A stretch of 63,489 nt of DNA, filler included, from Octopus bimaculoides (GCF_001194135.2; 7 parts of 7 records of this genome joined end to end with filler, not necessarily neighbours in it), one strand, 5' to 3'; shown: positions 13,915-25,985, counted from the whole stretch's first letter. Numbers and translations: made by a program. The notes: generated by a model not told the origin, from the letters alone.

Positions 13915-14104
13915 GGTTCAAATATACAGAAAAACTAAAGGCAAAGAAAGACAGCTGAGGGAAGGATGATAGATAGATAGATAGATAGATATACGTATAT
14001 ACGTACGCAACATTAAATATGTATGTATATGTATGTATGTGTGTGAATATATATGTATGCGTGTGTGCACTGGTATGCCTCAGCAAAAAAAAAAAAAAAA
14101 AAAA

Positions 14105-14204
14105 NNNNNNNNNNNNNNNNNNNNNNNNNNNNNNNNNNNNNNNNNNNNTTAATTAATTAANNNNNNNNNNNNNNNNNNNNNNNNNNNNNNNNNNNNNNNN
14201 NNNN
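14105..14204. other. Artificial scaffold spacer N44-TTAATTAATTAA-N44
   Basis: Exactly 100 nt with a palindromic six-frame-stop 12-mer; the same structure occurs six times. Confidence 0.95.
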
Positions 14205-14345
14205 TTTTAGTATTGATCTAACTCGTCTATAGTACTCCTTCTTTATTTTTTCTTTCATTTGTGTATGTTGTATCCTATCTAGTTCATTGACTCCTAAATA
14301 TTTATATGGCTGGCTTTCGTCTAGTTCTCTTATTTCATTGGCTTT
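14205..14345 (-). mobile_element. R4/Dong-like (RLE-type) non-LTR retrotransposon fragment, end of RT domain
   Basis: DKANEIRELDESQPYKYLGVNELDRIQHTQMKEKIKKEYYRRVRSILK; YKYLG RT motif; 5' junction fused to an (AAT)n array. Confidence 0.8.
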
Positions 14346-14348
14346 ATC

Positions 14349-14426
<78 letters not shown>

Positions 14427-14474
14427 CATCGACATTTTTATTATTATTATTAGTAGTAGTAGTAGTAGTAGTAT

Positions 14475-15013
14475 TGAGTGAGAGAGCAGCGCATGCCATC
14501 AAAGGGACGTTGGGGTACAAATATACGAAACCCAATATACCAATCATGACTACCCGTCTGATAAGGGTATATCAGGCACATGCATCACAACCATATGTGT
14601 GCGACATAGTGGTTGAACTCATATCAAGATAAACAGCACATGACCATGCAGGTGGGGTCCAGTTAGAATTTTCTTCAGGTCGCGTAGCCCATCCCGCTCA
14701 AAAGGTCCCTGAATAAGGTTTCTTTAAGGATGATGAACGAAACACCCATGTTTCCAGAAGTGTATTATTCAAACCCCAACGAATTCATTGCAACACATGG
14801 CTATGATGCTCCCCCACTACTTCTGCTCGAAATCAGAGATGCGCATATGGTTAGGCACTAAGGGATATGCTCAAGTGGTTAAGGACAAGCAACTCACATC
14901 CAAATTTGTGGTATTGAGCAGAATATTTGCTGTAGCCCATCTTTTATACCATGAGAAAACATGTACACGATAACACTTTCAATCAGTTAAGATCAAAAGC
15001 CATGAAAGACTGG
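14475..15013. mobile_element. Unclassified interspersed repeat (about 540 bp) bordered by ATT/AGT triplet repeats
   Basis: Start TTGAGTGAGAGAGCAGCGCATGCCATCAAAG recurs inverted at about 48545-48605 and 32475-32520. Confidence 0.6.
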
Positions 15014-15029
15014 CTTATTATTATTTGTA

Positions 15030-15240
15030 AGGCAGTGAGCTGACCAAATCGTTAGCACGTCGGGAGAAATGCTTAGCGGCATTTCGTCCGTCTTTATGTT
15101 CTGAGTTCAAATTCCGCCGGGATCAATTTTGCCTTTCACGCTTTCGGGGTCGATTGAATAAGTACCAGTTACGCACTGGTGTCGATGTAATCGACTTAAT
15201 CCCTTCCCCTAAATGTGAGGCCTTGTGCTTCCACTAGAAA
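15030..15240 (+). mobile_element. Family A SINE followed by (ATT)n
   Basis: Head GGCAGTGAGCTG, GAGTTCAAATTCCGCCG and TTTCGGGGTCGAT core. Confidence 0.8.
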
Positions 15241-15242
15241 GA

Positions 15243-15318
<76 letters not shown>

Positions 15319-15734
15319 CTCTCGTTGAATCTGAAATCCTTTAAAGCGAGTTTACTGTAACTATAATTGTAAAAGTAAAACCGTACACTCTGGAGAAAGA
15401 GGGGAGGAAAAAGCGGGGTGAAAGCAGGAGAGGAGTGTGAGAAGGAAAGGAGAAAGAGATGTAGAATTCCAAGGAATGCCTTAATACACACAATCAGTCT
15501 GTTTGGAAACCAAACCTGAAGGATTGAAATCGCATTCATAAATAAGCTACGAGCAAGGCGGACATTGATTAGGAATGACAGAATAACTGAATAAATGAAT
15601 AATATTTAATAACAAGTATAAGAGTACGAACATTTGAATTAAAAATGAAGAAAACACCCAAAAATGTACAAAGGTGAAACAACGATAAGAGTACCAGATT
15701 CAAAATGGTAAATCATCAGACAAATTACTGTACT

Positions 15735-16198
15735 CTACATATTCTGAACAGGTAACAGTTCTTGATCTGTCATGGACATTGTACAGTGAACTTCGTTATA
15801 TCTCTTTACTCTAAATAATTCAATCAATTTTCTGAGCTGTTGTCTGATAAATGACTTCAACTGATACCTTGCGTCGAAATCGAAGCAACTACATCGTGGG
15901 CAGAGAAACGTTCTACTCAATAACACTCACAGCAATATAATTCTCAATAAATTTAAATCCATTTCATTAGGTATCAAAATTGTTCATTACCGAACCATTT
16001 ATCCGACTTCGACAAAAATTCGGGAATACTGTACAATATCATGCAGTATACTGTGCCTTCTACTGAATAAACAGATTCTGTTTTTTGAAATTCCTTATTC
16101 TGTATTCGGTGTGTTAAAAATAGCTTCGTTTTTTAACTTTTTTTAGTGGATTGATAGAGATTAAACATACTCTGCTATAGAATTGCATTAATTTGTAC
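15735..16198 (-). CDS. Possible downstream exons of the NIDO gene (weak AMOP-like resemblance); structure unresolved
   Basis: Open stretches FLCPRCSCFDFDARY...NEVHCTMS and NKEFQKTESVYSVEGTVYCMILY...KWFG with nearby AG/GT sites; no consistent phase chain found. Confidence 0.2.
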
Positions 16199-17529
16199 CT
16201 GTGAAATAAAATCATGTTCTTTACTTTTCTTCGCATATAAATATTTCACCGAATACGTGGTACAGTATGATATATTTTAAGAATTTTAAACGGATTAATA
16301 AGTATCAAACAGACCCTGCTTTAATGGACGGATTAAGTTGAATTTGTTAAATACAGGTTAGTTCCTTGTTTTCCATAGCTTATTTTATATTTTAAATATA
16401 TATTTAGTTCTCCAGAAAACTGAAAAATCCAGAAAACTGAAAAATCCAGAAATCCGTCTAAGTTTGCAGGATATTTGTTCAGTGTTGTTTTAAATTGCTA
16501 GAATGGTTATATAGTACAATGTAGTTAAATTGAATCAAACTAGCTACATAAACAGCAATCATGAGAAGTCATTGCTACAGAATATTAATATACATTTAAT
16601 GGCCCATCTACAATGTTGCAGAGCCAAGCTCTATTTTCTCTAACCATTATTTGCAAATAACTGTTTTTCTAATGGAGAAATAGAAAAACTGTTTAACGGT
16701 TTTATGCATTTCGATGGGAGATAACCTATGGTATGTTCACTCTAAATAAAAATACGCAACGTAAATGCGTAAGGATGGCTGAATTGGTTGCTAGAATTGC
16801 AAAGCGCTGGCACATGACCCTAGGTGAGGATGACGACACTTCTCGTGCTTTGGAGATGGCAGAGTATCCAAGACATTATTTTTCTTTTTCTTTTTTTTTC
16901 TCTTTTGTGGTAGGTGGTTACCTCGAATTATTCTAAGTACACTATGCCGCTATTGAGAATTCTATTTTTTAGATACTATTTTAATATTTTACTATTTTAC
17001 TATTTTACTTGTTTCAGTCATTTGACTGCGGCCANNNNNNNNNNNNNNNNNNNNNNNNNNNNNNNNNNNNNNNNNNNNNNNNNNNNNNNNNNNNNNNNNN
17101 NNNNNNNNNNNNNNNNNNNNNNNNNNNNNNNNNNNNNNNNNNNNNNNNNNNNNNNNNNNNNNNNNNNNNNNNNNNNNNNNNNNNNNNNNNNNNNNNNNNN
17201 NNNNNNNNNNNNNNNNNNNNNNNNNNNNNNNNNNNNNNNNNNNNNNNNNNNNNNNNNNNNNNNNNNNNNNNNNNNNNNNNNNNNNNNNNNNNNNNNNNNN
17301 NNNNNNNNNNNNNNNNNNNNNNNNNNNNNNNNNNNNNNNNNNNNNNNNNNNNNNNNNNNNNNNNNNNNNNNNNNNNNNNNNNNNNNNNNNNNNNNNNNNN
17401 NNNNNNNNNNNNNNNNNNNNNNNAAAATGTAGTTTCTCCCCTTGATCAACGTGTACCCCACCTGTTTGTGTGTTGCATCTCGTCCTTTGATATTGTCCTC
17501 CATGTTTGGTATTGTTCTCATTATTATTA

Positions 17530-17587
<58 letters not shown>

Positions 17588-17592
17588 TTTAT

Positions 17593-17812
17593 TGCCCTCA
17601 AGGGGCTAAACATAGAGGGAACAAACAAGGATAGACAAAGGGATTAAGTCGATTAGACCGACCCCAGTGCGTAACTGGTATTTATTTAATCGACCCCGAA
17701 AGGATAAAAGGCAAAGTCGGCCTCGGTGGAATTTGAACTCAGAACGTAGCGGCAGACGAAATACTGCTAAGCATTTCGTCCGGCGTGCTAACGATTCTGC
17801 CAGCTCACCGCC
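17593..17812 (-). mobile_element. Family A SINE, well preserved, between (ATT)n/(ATC)n arrays
   Basis: Near-identical reverse complement of the copy at 30400-30630. Confidence 0.9.
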
Positions 17813-17825
17813 TGTTATTATTATT

Positions 17826-17934
<109 letters not shown>

Positions 17935-18235
17935 CTCTGCTTGGTGCCTGTGGTGAAAGAGGTCGTCTGGTGGATGAGGCTGAAAGGCATGAGGTCAGAT
18001 ACATTCCTCTTTAGTAGAGAAGTCTGATCGACTCACTTGAAAATGAAAACGAGGATGGAAAGAGAAGCGCTGTCCTCGAGTGAGTTTACTGAAAAGGTCG
18101 GTAAAAGTTGTGAAGTTGACAAGAGTGGAGGGTGCCTCTCTGAGTGTAGACCTGTAAGTCGGGGAAAGGGAACTGGAGCAGACACTTGCCTTTGGTGTTC
18201 AGGGAGAACTTGGACAGTGGCGTTCCTCAATTATC
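17935..18235 (-). mobile_element. Possible degenerate retroelement 3' end with (AAT)n tail
   Basis: GC-balanced stretch in an AT-rich intron, running on the minus strand into a long (AAT)n array; no clear protein motif. Confidence 0.3.
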
Positions 18236-18615
18236 CCTAAAAATAATCGTGTATCAATTGGACTACATTTCTATCACCCCCCCCCCACCAATCCTTTTTG
18301 TTATTTCGTTTCCTTCTCATTGAATACCGTGTATAGTTACTCTTTTTTGTTTATTTATTCATTTATCATTTCATGTTTGTTTTGTATTGTCCCCCACTCT
18401 CATCTTTCACCCTGGTGGCAAATAAATGAAATTATAATTATTGTTATTGTTGTTGTTGTTGTTGTTACCGTTGTTTTGTTGGGGTTTTTTTATGTTGTTA
18501 TTAGTAACGAGGACACTAATTATGATTCTTAAAAAGAAACTAGTTTTAAAATTAACTTCATCCTGTCTTGGGAAAGAATGTTAATCGACGTAAGTCTAAA
18601 TTCAATGAACTGTAC

Positions 18616-18782
18616 CTTATGTCTATCTTCTTTATAACCAATGAGATTAATATTGACTCTGGCCTTGTAGTCCAAACTAAGTAGGTGTGGCTTCCATGAA
18701 ATACGCAAGCGTTCAACATCAGTTTTGTCCCAGTCTTTAGGGTTTAGAGTGGTAACCGTTTCGGGCTTTAGTTTAGGTAAGA
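18616..18782 (-). CDS. SUSD2/Mesh-like gene exon: post-IPT segment
   Basis: ATTTGCAG acceptor, phase 1; (V)LPKLKPETVTTLNPKDWDKTDVERLRISWKPHLLSLDYKARVNINLIGYKEDRHK fits the Mesh/SUSD2 pattern I.W....L.....V.I.L.GY.E; GTACAG donor is weak; the frame is also open upstream to an alternative acceptor at 18912. Confidence 0.8.
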
Positions 18783-18961
18783 CTGCAAATGAGAATACAA
18801 AAATAGTAATACTACGAGAGTTGACGAAATGCTTTTTGTTTGCTTGGAAAATGTGTATGTTTTTGCTTTTTGATTTATTGAAAATTTCACAAATAACGGC
18901 ACCATTGGTGATCTGAAAAGCCGTTTTTGCGAATTTTCGTTATCTATGAAATTTCTAAGTA

Positions 18962-19145
18962 CGAGGAGATGCTGAAAAGTTCCTGATTTTAAAGGTATTA
19001 CGAAAGACCTTGCTGGAGGCCCAACATTTCATGTTCTTTTAGATGAACTGAATGACTGCTGCAATAAGGGAGTGAATGAAATCATAATTAACTGATCCTC
19101 CTGTATTTTCTTTTACCCAAAGCCAGGAACTTTTCAGCACTCTCT
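18962..19145 (+). mobile_element. Mariner-derived MITE, same family as 43908-44123
   Basis: TIR-like ends CGAGGAGATGCTGAAAAGTTCCTG and CAGGAACTTTTCAGCACTCTC; TA at the left end. Confidence 0.8.
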
Positions 19146-19320
19146 GGCAAAGTAATTAAGCAGTATGATCAATATCTCTTAAATTAGATCTATTATATAA
19201 TTATGGAAAAGATATAAACATTTAAGAAATCTTTTAAATAGTACCTTTTTTTTTTTTTTTTGCTGTACAACAATTTTTTAATATGGCTATTTGCTTGAAT
19301 TTTCTGTTATTTTTCGATAC

Positions 19321-19484
19321 CGTTATTTTTAAAGTTTAATGTTTTGGGACGGGAAAATTGATAAATTGATTAGCAACAATTAGTCTTGTCGATCTGGGGT
19401 CTAACTTTTAGCTGGAGTGCGGGCAGATATTTCTTAGATCTCACCACAATCGACAAATATGTGGCAGTAACATCTTCATTTGAT
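19321..19484 (-). CDS. Candidate exon B of the NIDO gene
   Basis: TTCTTTGTGCAG acceptor in phase 2 matches the exon A donor; open frame SNEDVTATYLSIVVRSKKYLPALQLKVRPQ...KNN; 3' end uncertain (donors GTGAGA, GTTAGA or GTATCG, or the stop). Confidence 0.4.
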
Positions 19485-19592
19485 CTGCACAAAGAAGTCA
19501 TCTTCGTGACTAGTCAATTGAAATCAATGTTTAATTCAACAGATGGTGTTACCAACAAATGGAAGGTATTTATTACTTGCCAAGAAAATTAC

Positions 19593-19863
19593 ATCCTTAT
19601 CTTAATTCTGTTTCTATTTTCTACATCACAAGACGGAATCTGATACAAAGTATTCGTATTATAACATGAATGAGCATATAAAAATTCAAAACAAGTAAAT
19701 TTCCTTTTCCAGTGTGTGCTCATTTGGGTTTTTCTTTTCCAAATTTCAGTATCGACATCCCACAAATCATTTAATCCTTTGCCTGCCCAAAGCATTTTCA
19801 TAAGTTTGTCGTAAATACCCTCGGTTGTTTTCAAATTTTTAGTTAGTCTCCGCTTCATACGTT
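19593..19863 (-). CDS. Candidate exon A of the NIDO gene: second, divergent post-IPT segment
   Basis: TTTTATATTACACAG acceptor in phase 1 matches the IPT exon donor; 89 open codons with LMKMLW..KGL...DVDTEIW...W..K and ..N....IP..IKIRI, resembling the SUSD2 post-IPT region; AT|GTAATT donor. Confidence 0.55.
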
Positions 19864-20037
19864 CTGTGTAATATAAAACTTTACTTCCATGAGTCACAAA
19901 TTACTCCGAAGACTACAAAAATTGGGAATGTATATCATATATGTTGCATGAACACCTGGGAAAATATGTATTATGTGTCACATGCGATACACAGGACAAA
20001 CAAAGGGTTAATAATACAAAATCAACTGCCAACTTAC

Positions 20038-20301
20038 CAACGTGCACTACAGCATATGGCTTGGAAGAATCTATGGTGTCTAGCTGTACTTTCAGCGTAG
20101 TTTCTCCTCTAAAAAGAAATCGTGGTACTGGACATCTAATTTTTGCTTTGTTGATCACGATGCCTTTAGAATCCTCTTTTGTCTGAGACAAATGCTGAAA
20201 GGTACATAGGGCAGTTGTATTTTCTTCTAAACACAAACCTGTAACTTCGAGCATCTCTCCCCCAAACATTCCGATAAACCTTGTTGATACGCTCAAGTGC
20301 A
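20038..20301 (-). CDS. SUSD2/Mesh-like gene exon: IPT/TIG domain
   Basis: TTTTCAG acceptor and G|GTAAGT donor, phase 1 to 1; MHLSVSTRFIGMFGGEMLEVTGLC...CTF...GIVINKAKIRCPVPRFLFRGETTLKV. Confidence 0.92.
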
Positions 20302-20344
20302 CTGAAAAGTAAGAAAATAAATTTCATTAACAGTTGTATAACGA

Positions 20345-20565
20345 AGACGGCACTCTGGCAGAATCGCTAGCATGACGGACAAAATGTAAGAGGTATCTCG
20401 TTCGTCTTCACGTTATGGGTTCAAATTTTGCCTAAGTCGACTTTGCCTTTCATCTTTCTGGAATCGATAAATAAGTAGCAGTTAACTACTGGGGTCGATG
20501 TAATCGACTTACCTCCACTCTTCAAAAAAAGAAAACTGTAGACCCTGTCCCAAAATTCGAAACCA
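20345..20565 (+). mobile_element. Family A SINE, intronic
   Basis: CTGGCAGAATCGCTAGC head; GTCGACTTTGCCTTTCATC core. Confidence 0.8.
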
Positions 20566-20945
20566 CCAGTAGATGAATAATATCGATTTTCTTCATATAA
20601 ACATAAAGCGTTAAGCTTGGAACGGATATAGTAGATTATATTGTTGCAACTACTTGAATGGTGAGATATTTTATATACATCCTGGTGACCTCTGAACTTA
20701 AAGCGTCATAAAACGGATCTAGATATTGAGCAGTTGTTTGTCCGAATAGTTAATTATTCTCCAATACTAACGCTCTGGTTTGTAATACTAATATATATTC
20801 TCAAAATAAATCTAACTATGAGATTGTTCCTAAAGGAAGGGATGAGTTTCCTTTTAAGTGAATTTGTAAAAAAAAAAAAACTTCATTAAGAAATATGAAA
20901 TAGTCGAAAAGAGACGTGGAAAATCAATAGATAAGTTGAACTTAC

Positions 20946-21120
20946 TTTCGCTAGTAATGTTAGTACAGCCACCTCGTTCTGGAAGATCAGAAGAGACTCG
21001 GAATAAAAATCTGCCTGGAACATCGAATCCGGAAACATGTGGTAAAGTGGAGAGATCGGTTTTCTCCTTTCCGGGAAGAACAGAAGTCCAACCACGATAA
21101 TTCCCTGCATTTATACCTGC
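20946..21120 (-). CDS. SUSD2/Mesh-like gene exon: C-terminal part of NIDO domain
   Basis: AAATACAG acceptor, A|GTAAGT donor, phase 0 to 1; AGINAGNYRGWTSVLPG...SGFDVPGRFLFRVSSDLPERGGCTNITSE (NIDO AG.N.G and G..G.F.F.V motifs). Confidence 0.93.
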
Positions 21121-21411
21121 CTGTATTTAAAAGAAATATTAAAAAATACGATACAATCAGACGACCTTCAAACGAAATAAATGCATTGCAGATCAATAAA
21201 TAGACAGTTAATGAATCACTGTTGTTGCTTTTTATTCCTTATTGTATGCCATATCATTAGAAAGCTAGTGTGCGGGTGTTACAGTACTCGTTTAGCTCTG
21301 ATCGAGAAGACATATGAACAAAAATACGTCAGTCATGATCATGCTAAGTGTAATCTGAGGAATATTTCGTTCACCTTTCTTGCAAGTCGAGCTGTCGCGT
21401 TAGGGATCTGT

Positions 21412-21915
21412 TGTAGCGTGAGTCACAACACGCTCTGCGAGAATAGACTTGACCGTATGGCTAAATAGTAGCGGTCTGAGTGAGGGACAGAGAGATTTGG
21501 GGTTAATGACAGTAAGTTGTAAGGTGTCGTTTTGGTAGTTGTAGGAATATCGTTTGTTGGTTCGTGTATAGTTCGTGGAGAGCCTGTTGGATTGTTACGT
21601 TGGTGTTACCCTGCTCCGTTACATGTTTATTGTTACTACACGGTTATAGTGTAAACATGTATCGTCATAGAGGCGAAGGGCGGTAAGCTGGCAGAATCGT
21701 TAGCACGCCGAGCTGAATGCTTAGCGATATTTCGCCCGTCGCTACGTGCTGAGTTCAAATTCCACCGAGGTCGACTTTGCCTTTCATCCTTTCGGGGTCG
21801 ATAAATTAAATACCAATGAAACACTGGAGTTGATGTAATCGACTACTCCCTTCTCCCACAAATTTCAGACCTTGTGCCTTCGGCAGAAAGGATTATAAAT
21901 AGCGGCGATACTACA
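21412..21915 (+). mobile_element. 5' LTR of a Ty3/gypsy element, with a SINE inserted
   Basis: TGTAG...CTACA inverted termini, followed after 5 nt by PBS-like TGGCGACGAG (21921-21930) and gag. Confidence 0.7.
21678..21895 (+). mobile_element. Family A SINE nested in the LTR
   Basis: Full head, B-box-like motif and CTTTCATCCTTTCGGGGTCGATAAA core. Confidence 0.85.
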
Positions 21916-21920
21916 ATAAT

Positions 21921-22930
21921 TGGCGACGAGGATTCAAAGCTCACGTAGGTCAGTTAACAAGTTTTTGTGATGCAAAAACAGCAGCAAGAATAGCAACGGA
22001 AGTTGTAGAATCAACTACTTCAGCAACAAGAAAAACAACAGTAATGGGGTGATATCTTAAGAAGTCTGGAAACACTATAAGATCGTTTTCGCCAAACGGT
22101 GTATCGAACACTATAACAAAATTCAGTTATGATCTAAAGAAGAACATAACGTTTGCAGCGTTCTTTGGAAGGACAACGAAAAAGTAAGACTTTTATTACG
22201 TAAATTAACGCCGGGTGAACATGAAAAATATTGTAATTTCATACTACCCAACATAAACAGTGAAATTTGTATCCAGGAAACAGTGGAACTATTATCAAAA
22301 ATATTCAGTGATAAGAGTTCCTTATTTAACACTCAATGGGAGTTTTGGAATCTAGTTAAAAGAAGATGAAGATTTTGTCATGTATGCCGGGGCCGTAAAC
22401 CGAATGTATGAAAGGTTAGACTGAAGGAACCAACTCCTGATATGTTTAAGTGCCTCATTTTTGTATAAGGGCTTACGGCAAACAAAGATGCGGAAATACA
22501 TGCAAGAATTCTCAAAAAACTTGAACAAGCGGACCAAAGTTTAACCCTGCAGACAGTTGCAAAGGAGTGTCGAGAAATGGTAAACTTACGCTAAGACGTA
22601 AAGAAAACTGAATAGGATTTCTCACAAGTACAAGCGATATAAACAAGATATAAACAAAAAGATATAAACAAAAAAAATTAAGACCAAACCCATGCTACAG
22701 ATGTTGAGCCATACATTTCAGGAAGGATTGTCCTTTCAAAACGCAAAAATATTACAGTTTCCCAAAAGTAGGACACAAGAGCTCACACTGCAAAGTGAGT
22801 TTGGGAGGTCGAACATAAAGACTTCTAAAGCTTTCCCAACGGAAAGTAGAAGCAGCACTAAAAAGAGGAAATTTGTATATGTAAAAGTAAACGAAGTGAA
22901 TATTAAATTACAACTAGATACTGATTAGGG
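21921..22930 (+). mobile_element. Ty3/gypsy (K02A2.6-like) internal region: PBS and decayed gag, antisense in a NIDO gene intron
   Basis: Frameshifted translation TITKFSYD...TF..; KVRLLLRKL...EHEKYCNFILP...ETVELLSKIFSDKSSLF; EDF..YAG.VNR; FKCLIF..GL....DAEI.ARILKKLEQ; truncated at CT/TA repeats. Confidence 0.85.
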
Positions 22931-22943
22931 CATCTCGCGGGAG

Positions 22944-23017
<74 letters not shown>

Positions 23018-23812
23018 AATGAAAGACGTAAGATGGAATATATGAGAATTAATTATTCATCACGACAATTGTTTCGACAAATGTAGCAGCGATCTTTCAT
23101 GGATGGGACACTCAACAACTGGTTCAGGAGCATCCGGCGGTGCAGATGTATCTTGTTCGCTGATAGATACTCGTTAAAATAACAGTTTCTCAATGTAACT
23201 TCTCGTTTTGTAGGAAGAAAAGAAGTCAGAGGGGGAAATTTCTTCATTTTTATAGAAGAGCAAAACTAAAATCACAGTTGGAAAAAAAAAAGAGAAACGA
23301 ACACGCAAATAAAGCGAGAAAAGTATTAAGAATATATAACATCCGTATATTATATGAGTGCATATGAGTGTGTGTACGTCTGTATGTATATATGCATATA
23401 TATGCACTTATGTATGGATGGATGGATGGGGGGATGGATGGATGCATGCACGCACATATGCATGTATATGTGCATGTATACATGTGTTTCTCCATAAGTA
23501 TTTGTGACTCCTTGTCTTAGCATCACGTGTGGTGTAAGCAAGCGTCATCGTCATACAAATGGTATCATTCATTTTGAATGTTCCGTAAAAACAAGTCCAT
23601 CCAGAGAGAAAATTATCTTGCTTGGAAATATGTGAGGGTTGGCAAACGGCCCTGTTCTCTCGGCCGCTTAAAAAATGGCAACTTACTGCCATAAACAAGT
23701 ATCGAAACCATTGCACAACGAAAGAATACTTTCTCATTTTAGCGATAAAACCTTCAATGATACTCCGAAACTTGTCAATATAAGCATGTGTTCACTTAAA
23801 CATATTTATCTA

Positions 23813-24171
23813 TTATCTTTTACTTGTTTCAGTCATTAGACTGCAGCCATGTAGGGCATCCCCTTAAAGGGTTTTTGTCGAACAAATTGACCCTATGACT
23901 AATTTTTGAAGCCTAGTATTTATTCCATGTTGCTGAACTGCTAAGTTACGAAGGTCATACACACGCCAATACCGGTTGTCAAATGATGATGGGGGACGAA
24001 AAAAGAGACACGCACACATATACGATGGGTTTGTTTCAGTTTCCGTCTACCAAATCCACTCACAAGGCTTTGGTCGGCTCGAGGCTTAGCAGAAGATACT
24101 TGCCCAAGGTGCCACGCAGTGGAACTGAGCTCAGAACCATGTGGCTGGGAAGCAAGATTCTTTCTACACAG
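23813..24171 (-). mobile_element. Family B tRNA-derived SINE (CORE-like CCTTGGGCAAGT box)
   Basis: Matches copies at 31585-31979 and 57033-57443. Confidence 0.85.
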
Positions 24172-24213
24172 CCGAGCTGTAAACTTATTTTTATACAAAA
24201 GAAGTATACTTAC

Positions 24214-24309
24214 GTGATAGAATTTTTCCTTTGGGTAAACTTCTTTATAGTTGAACATGGCGTAGGTTTCTTGTTTGTTTGCTGCGAGAACTAACTGGAA
24301 TGTGTTGAT
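24214..24309 (-). CDS. SUSD2/Mesh-like gene exon: NIDO core
   Basis: TTGTCTAG acceptor, CAC|GTAAGT donor, 96 nt, phase 0 to 0; INTFQLVLAANKQETYAMFNY is the NIDO NTFQ.VL....Y..FNY signature. Confidence 0.95.
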
Positions 24310-24726
24310 CTAGACAATTAGAAATAATAGATATATTGAATTATACTCAGCCAGTTTTCCAATTAAAGTGTACTTTGGGCTATAAACGAACCATTTAAAT
24401 TTCGTTTAGTATTTGTTTTACAAGGTTTTTAATGTAAAATCGTGTGTTGAAATATATTTTGTATTTTAGAAAGTTCATTATGCCAATAATAAACACTCGT
24501 ACTCAATCTAGATCACTTATTTATAGCTTATTTGTTAATTAGTTAACTACTTAACCATTTATCTAATCGATTGTTCGATAAATCGTTCGATCAATCAATC
24601 AATCAGTTATATTTGTCAAAGTTCTTTCGTCGCCATTCTTGACTTCATCAATGACCAGCCCTCTCTACTCCAGATCTACTGTGAGACTCCTAGTTTACAA
24701 GTAGTGTCTAAATATACAATAATATA

Positions 24727-25573
24727 CAAGGGGGTACCCAAAAGAAACTGGAATTTTGCAATGTTTACACTTTTATTGCCTTCAAAGTATTCTCCATTTG
24801 AAGCAATGCATTGGCCCAGACGCGTTTTCCACTGTTTGAAGTAGTGCTGGAACTTTTGCGAAATGATGCCTTTGAACACCTCTATCGTTTTTTCTTCACC
24901 TCTTTCATATGTGCAAATTCTGTAGCACCAGTCTTCATCACCAGTGAAGACCTTCGAAAAAGGTTCACGACACAGTTAGTCGTGACGACTTTTTGAACTT
25001 ACATGAGCAAGTGAAGTACGAATTTTGCTGCAACTCTTTTCATTCGCAATTCCTCGCTCGAAATTCGTTGGCAGAAGTTCCAGAACACATCAGTCTTATC
25101 AACAAGTTTGTCAATTGTTCGGTGACAGTCCTCCAAGATCAGTTCATGAATTTTCACAATGCTTTCATTCATTCGGGTGGTCGACAGTCGCTCTGAACAA
25201 AGATGGTCTTCAAACGACAAGTGAGCATTTCTAAAGCGTGAAAACAATTGGTAAACTTGTATTTTGCTCACAGTAACATCTTTATAAGCTGTTTGAAGCG
25301 TGACAACTGTTTTGGCTGCCATTTTCACAGCAGAAAACAGAATTTCACGGAAGCACGTTGTTCCTTCGTTTCAGCCATCGCAAAAATCGACGAACAGGAG
25401 AGAAGCACTACAAAACAAAGTTGCACTACATGGCAGTACGACTACGCCATACGACGCCGGTCGGCAGACTGATGCCTGACGGTTGCATTACGTTAGTTCT
25501 AGCGGTGGAAGCCTGAACTACAACGGGTTTGTCCCACAGAGAACGTTTCCTGTTACTTTTGGATATCCCCACG
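24727..25573 (-). mobile_element. Internally deleted mariner element with both TIRs and TA target duplications
   Basis: Ends TA|CAAGGGGGTACCCAAAAGAAAC and GTTACTTTTGGATATCCCCACG|TA; transposase remnant LQTAYKD...QVYQLFSRFRN..SFED...R.ST...ELRMKRVAAKFV and CIASNGEYFEG. Confidence 0.9.
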
Positions 25574-25913
25574 TAACTTTAAGTTAAAATTACGCTATAT
25601 CATGAGCTATCAACTGTGTCTTTTCTACCATCACTAGTATTCACGTTTCTACATAATGCTCATCTCACCGAATATTTTCTGTATCACATGATATCGATTA
25701 CCCTAGTCTAGGTTGGATAACCGTTTAGAGGCTCCCCTCTTAACTCGTGCAGTTGGGTTTTCTGTGTGGCATTAACAAATAAGTTTTAGTAGATGTGCGT
25801 ATGGAGTTCTTCCCTAAGGCAACAGAGAGACTGAAAGAACTACAATTACGAAGCTGGATTTTGAGAAAACCTACAAACGGTCGTAGTGTGTGTGTATGAG
25901 TGGGTTTACATGC

Positions 25914-25975
<62 letters not shown>

Positions 25976-25985
25976 NNNNNNNNNN

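Noticed and set aside
23408-23737. Minus-strand ORF with an internal GTAAGT donor, considered as the missing NIDO exon
   Set aside because: No NIDO motif; the real exon was found at 24309-24214.
24355-24420. Faint GIY-YIG-like translation (VYFGL..FKFR)
   Set aside because: Needs a stop and a frameshift within 15 codons and lies in the intron next to a real NIDO exon; probably chance.
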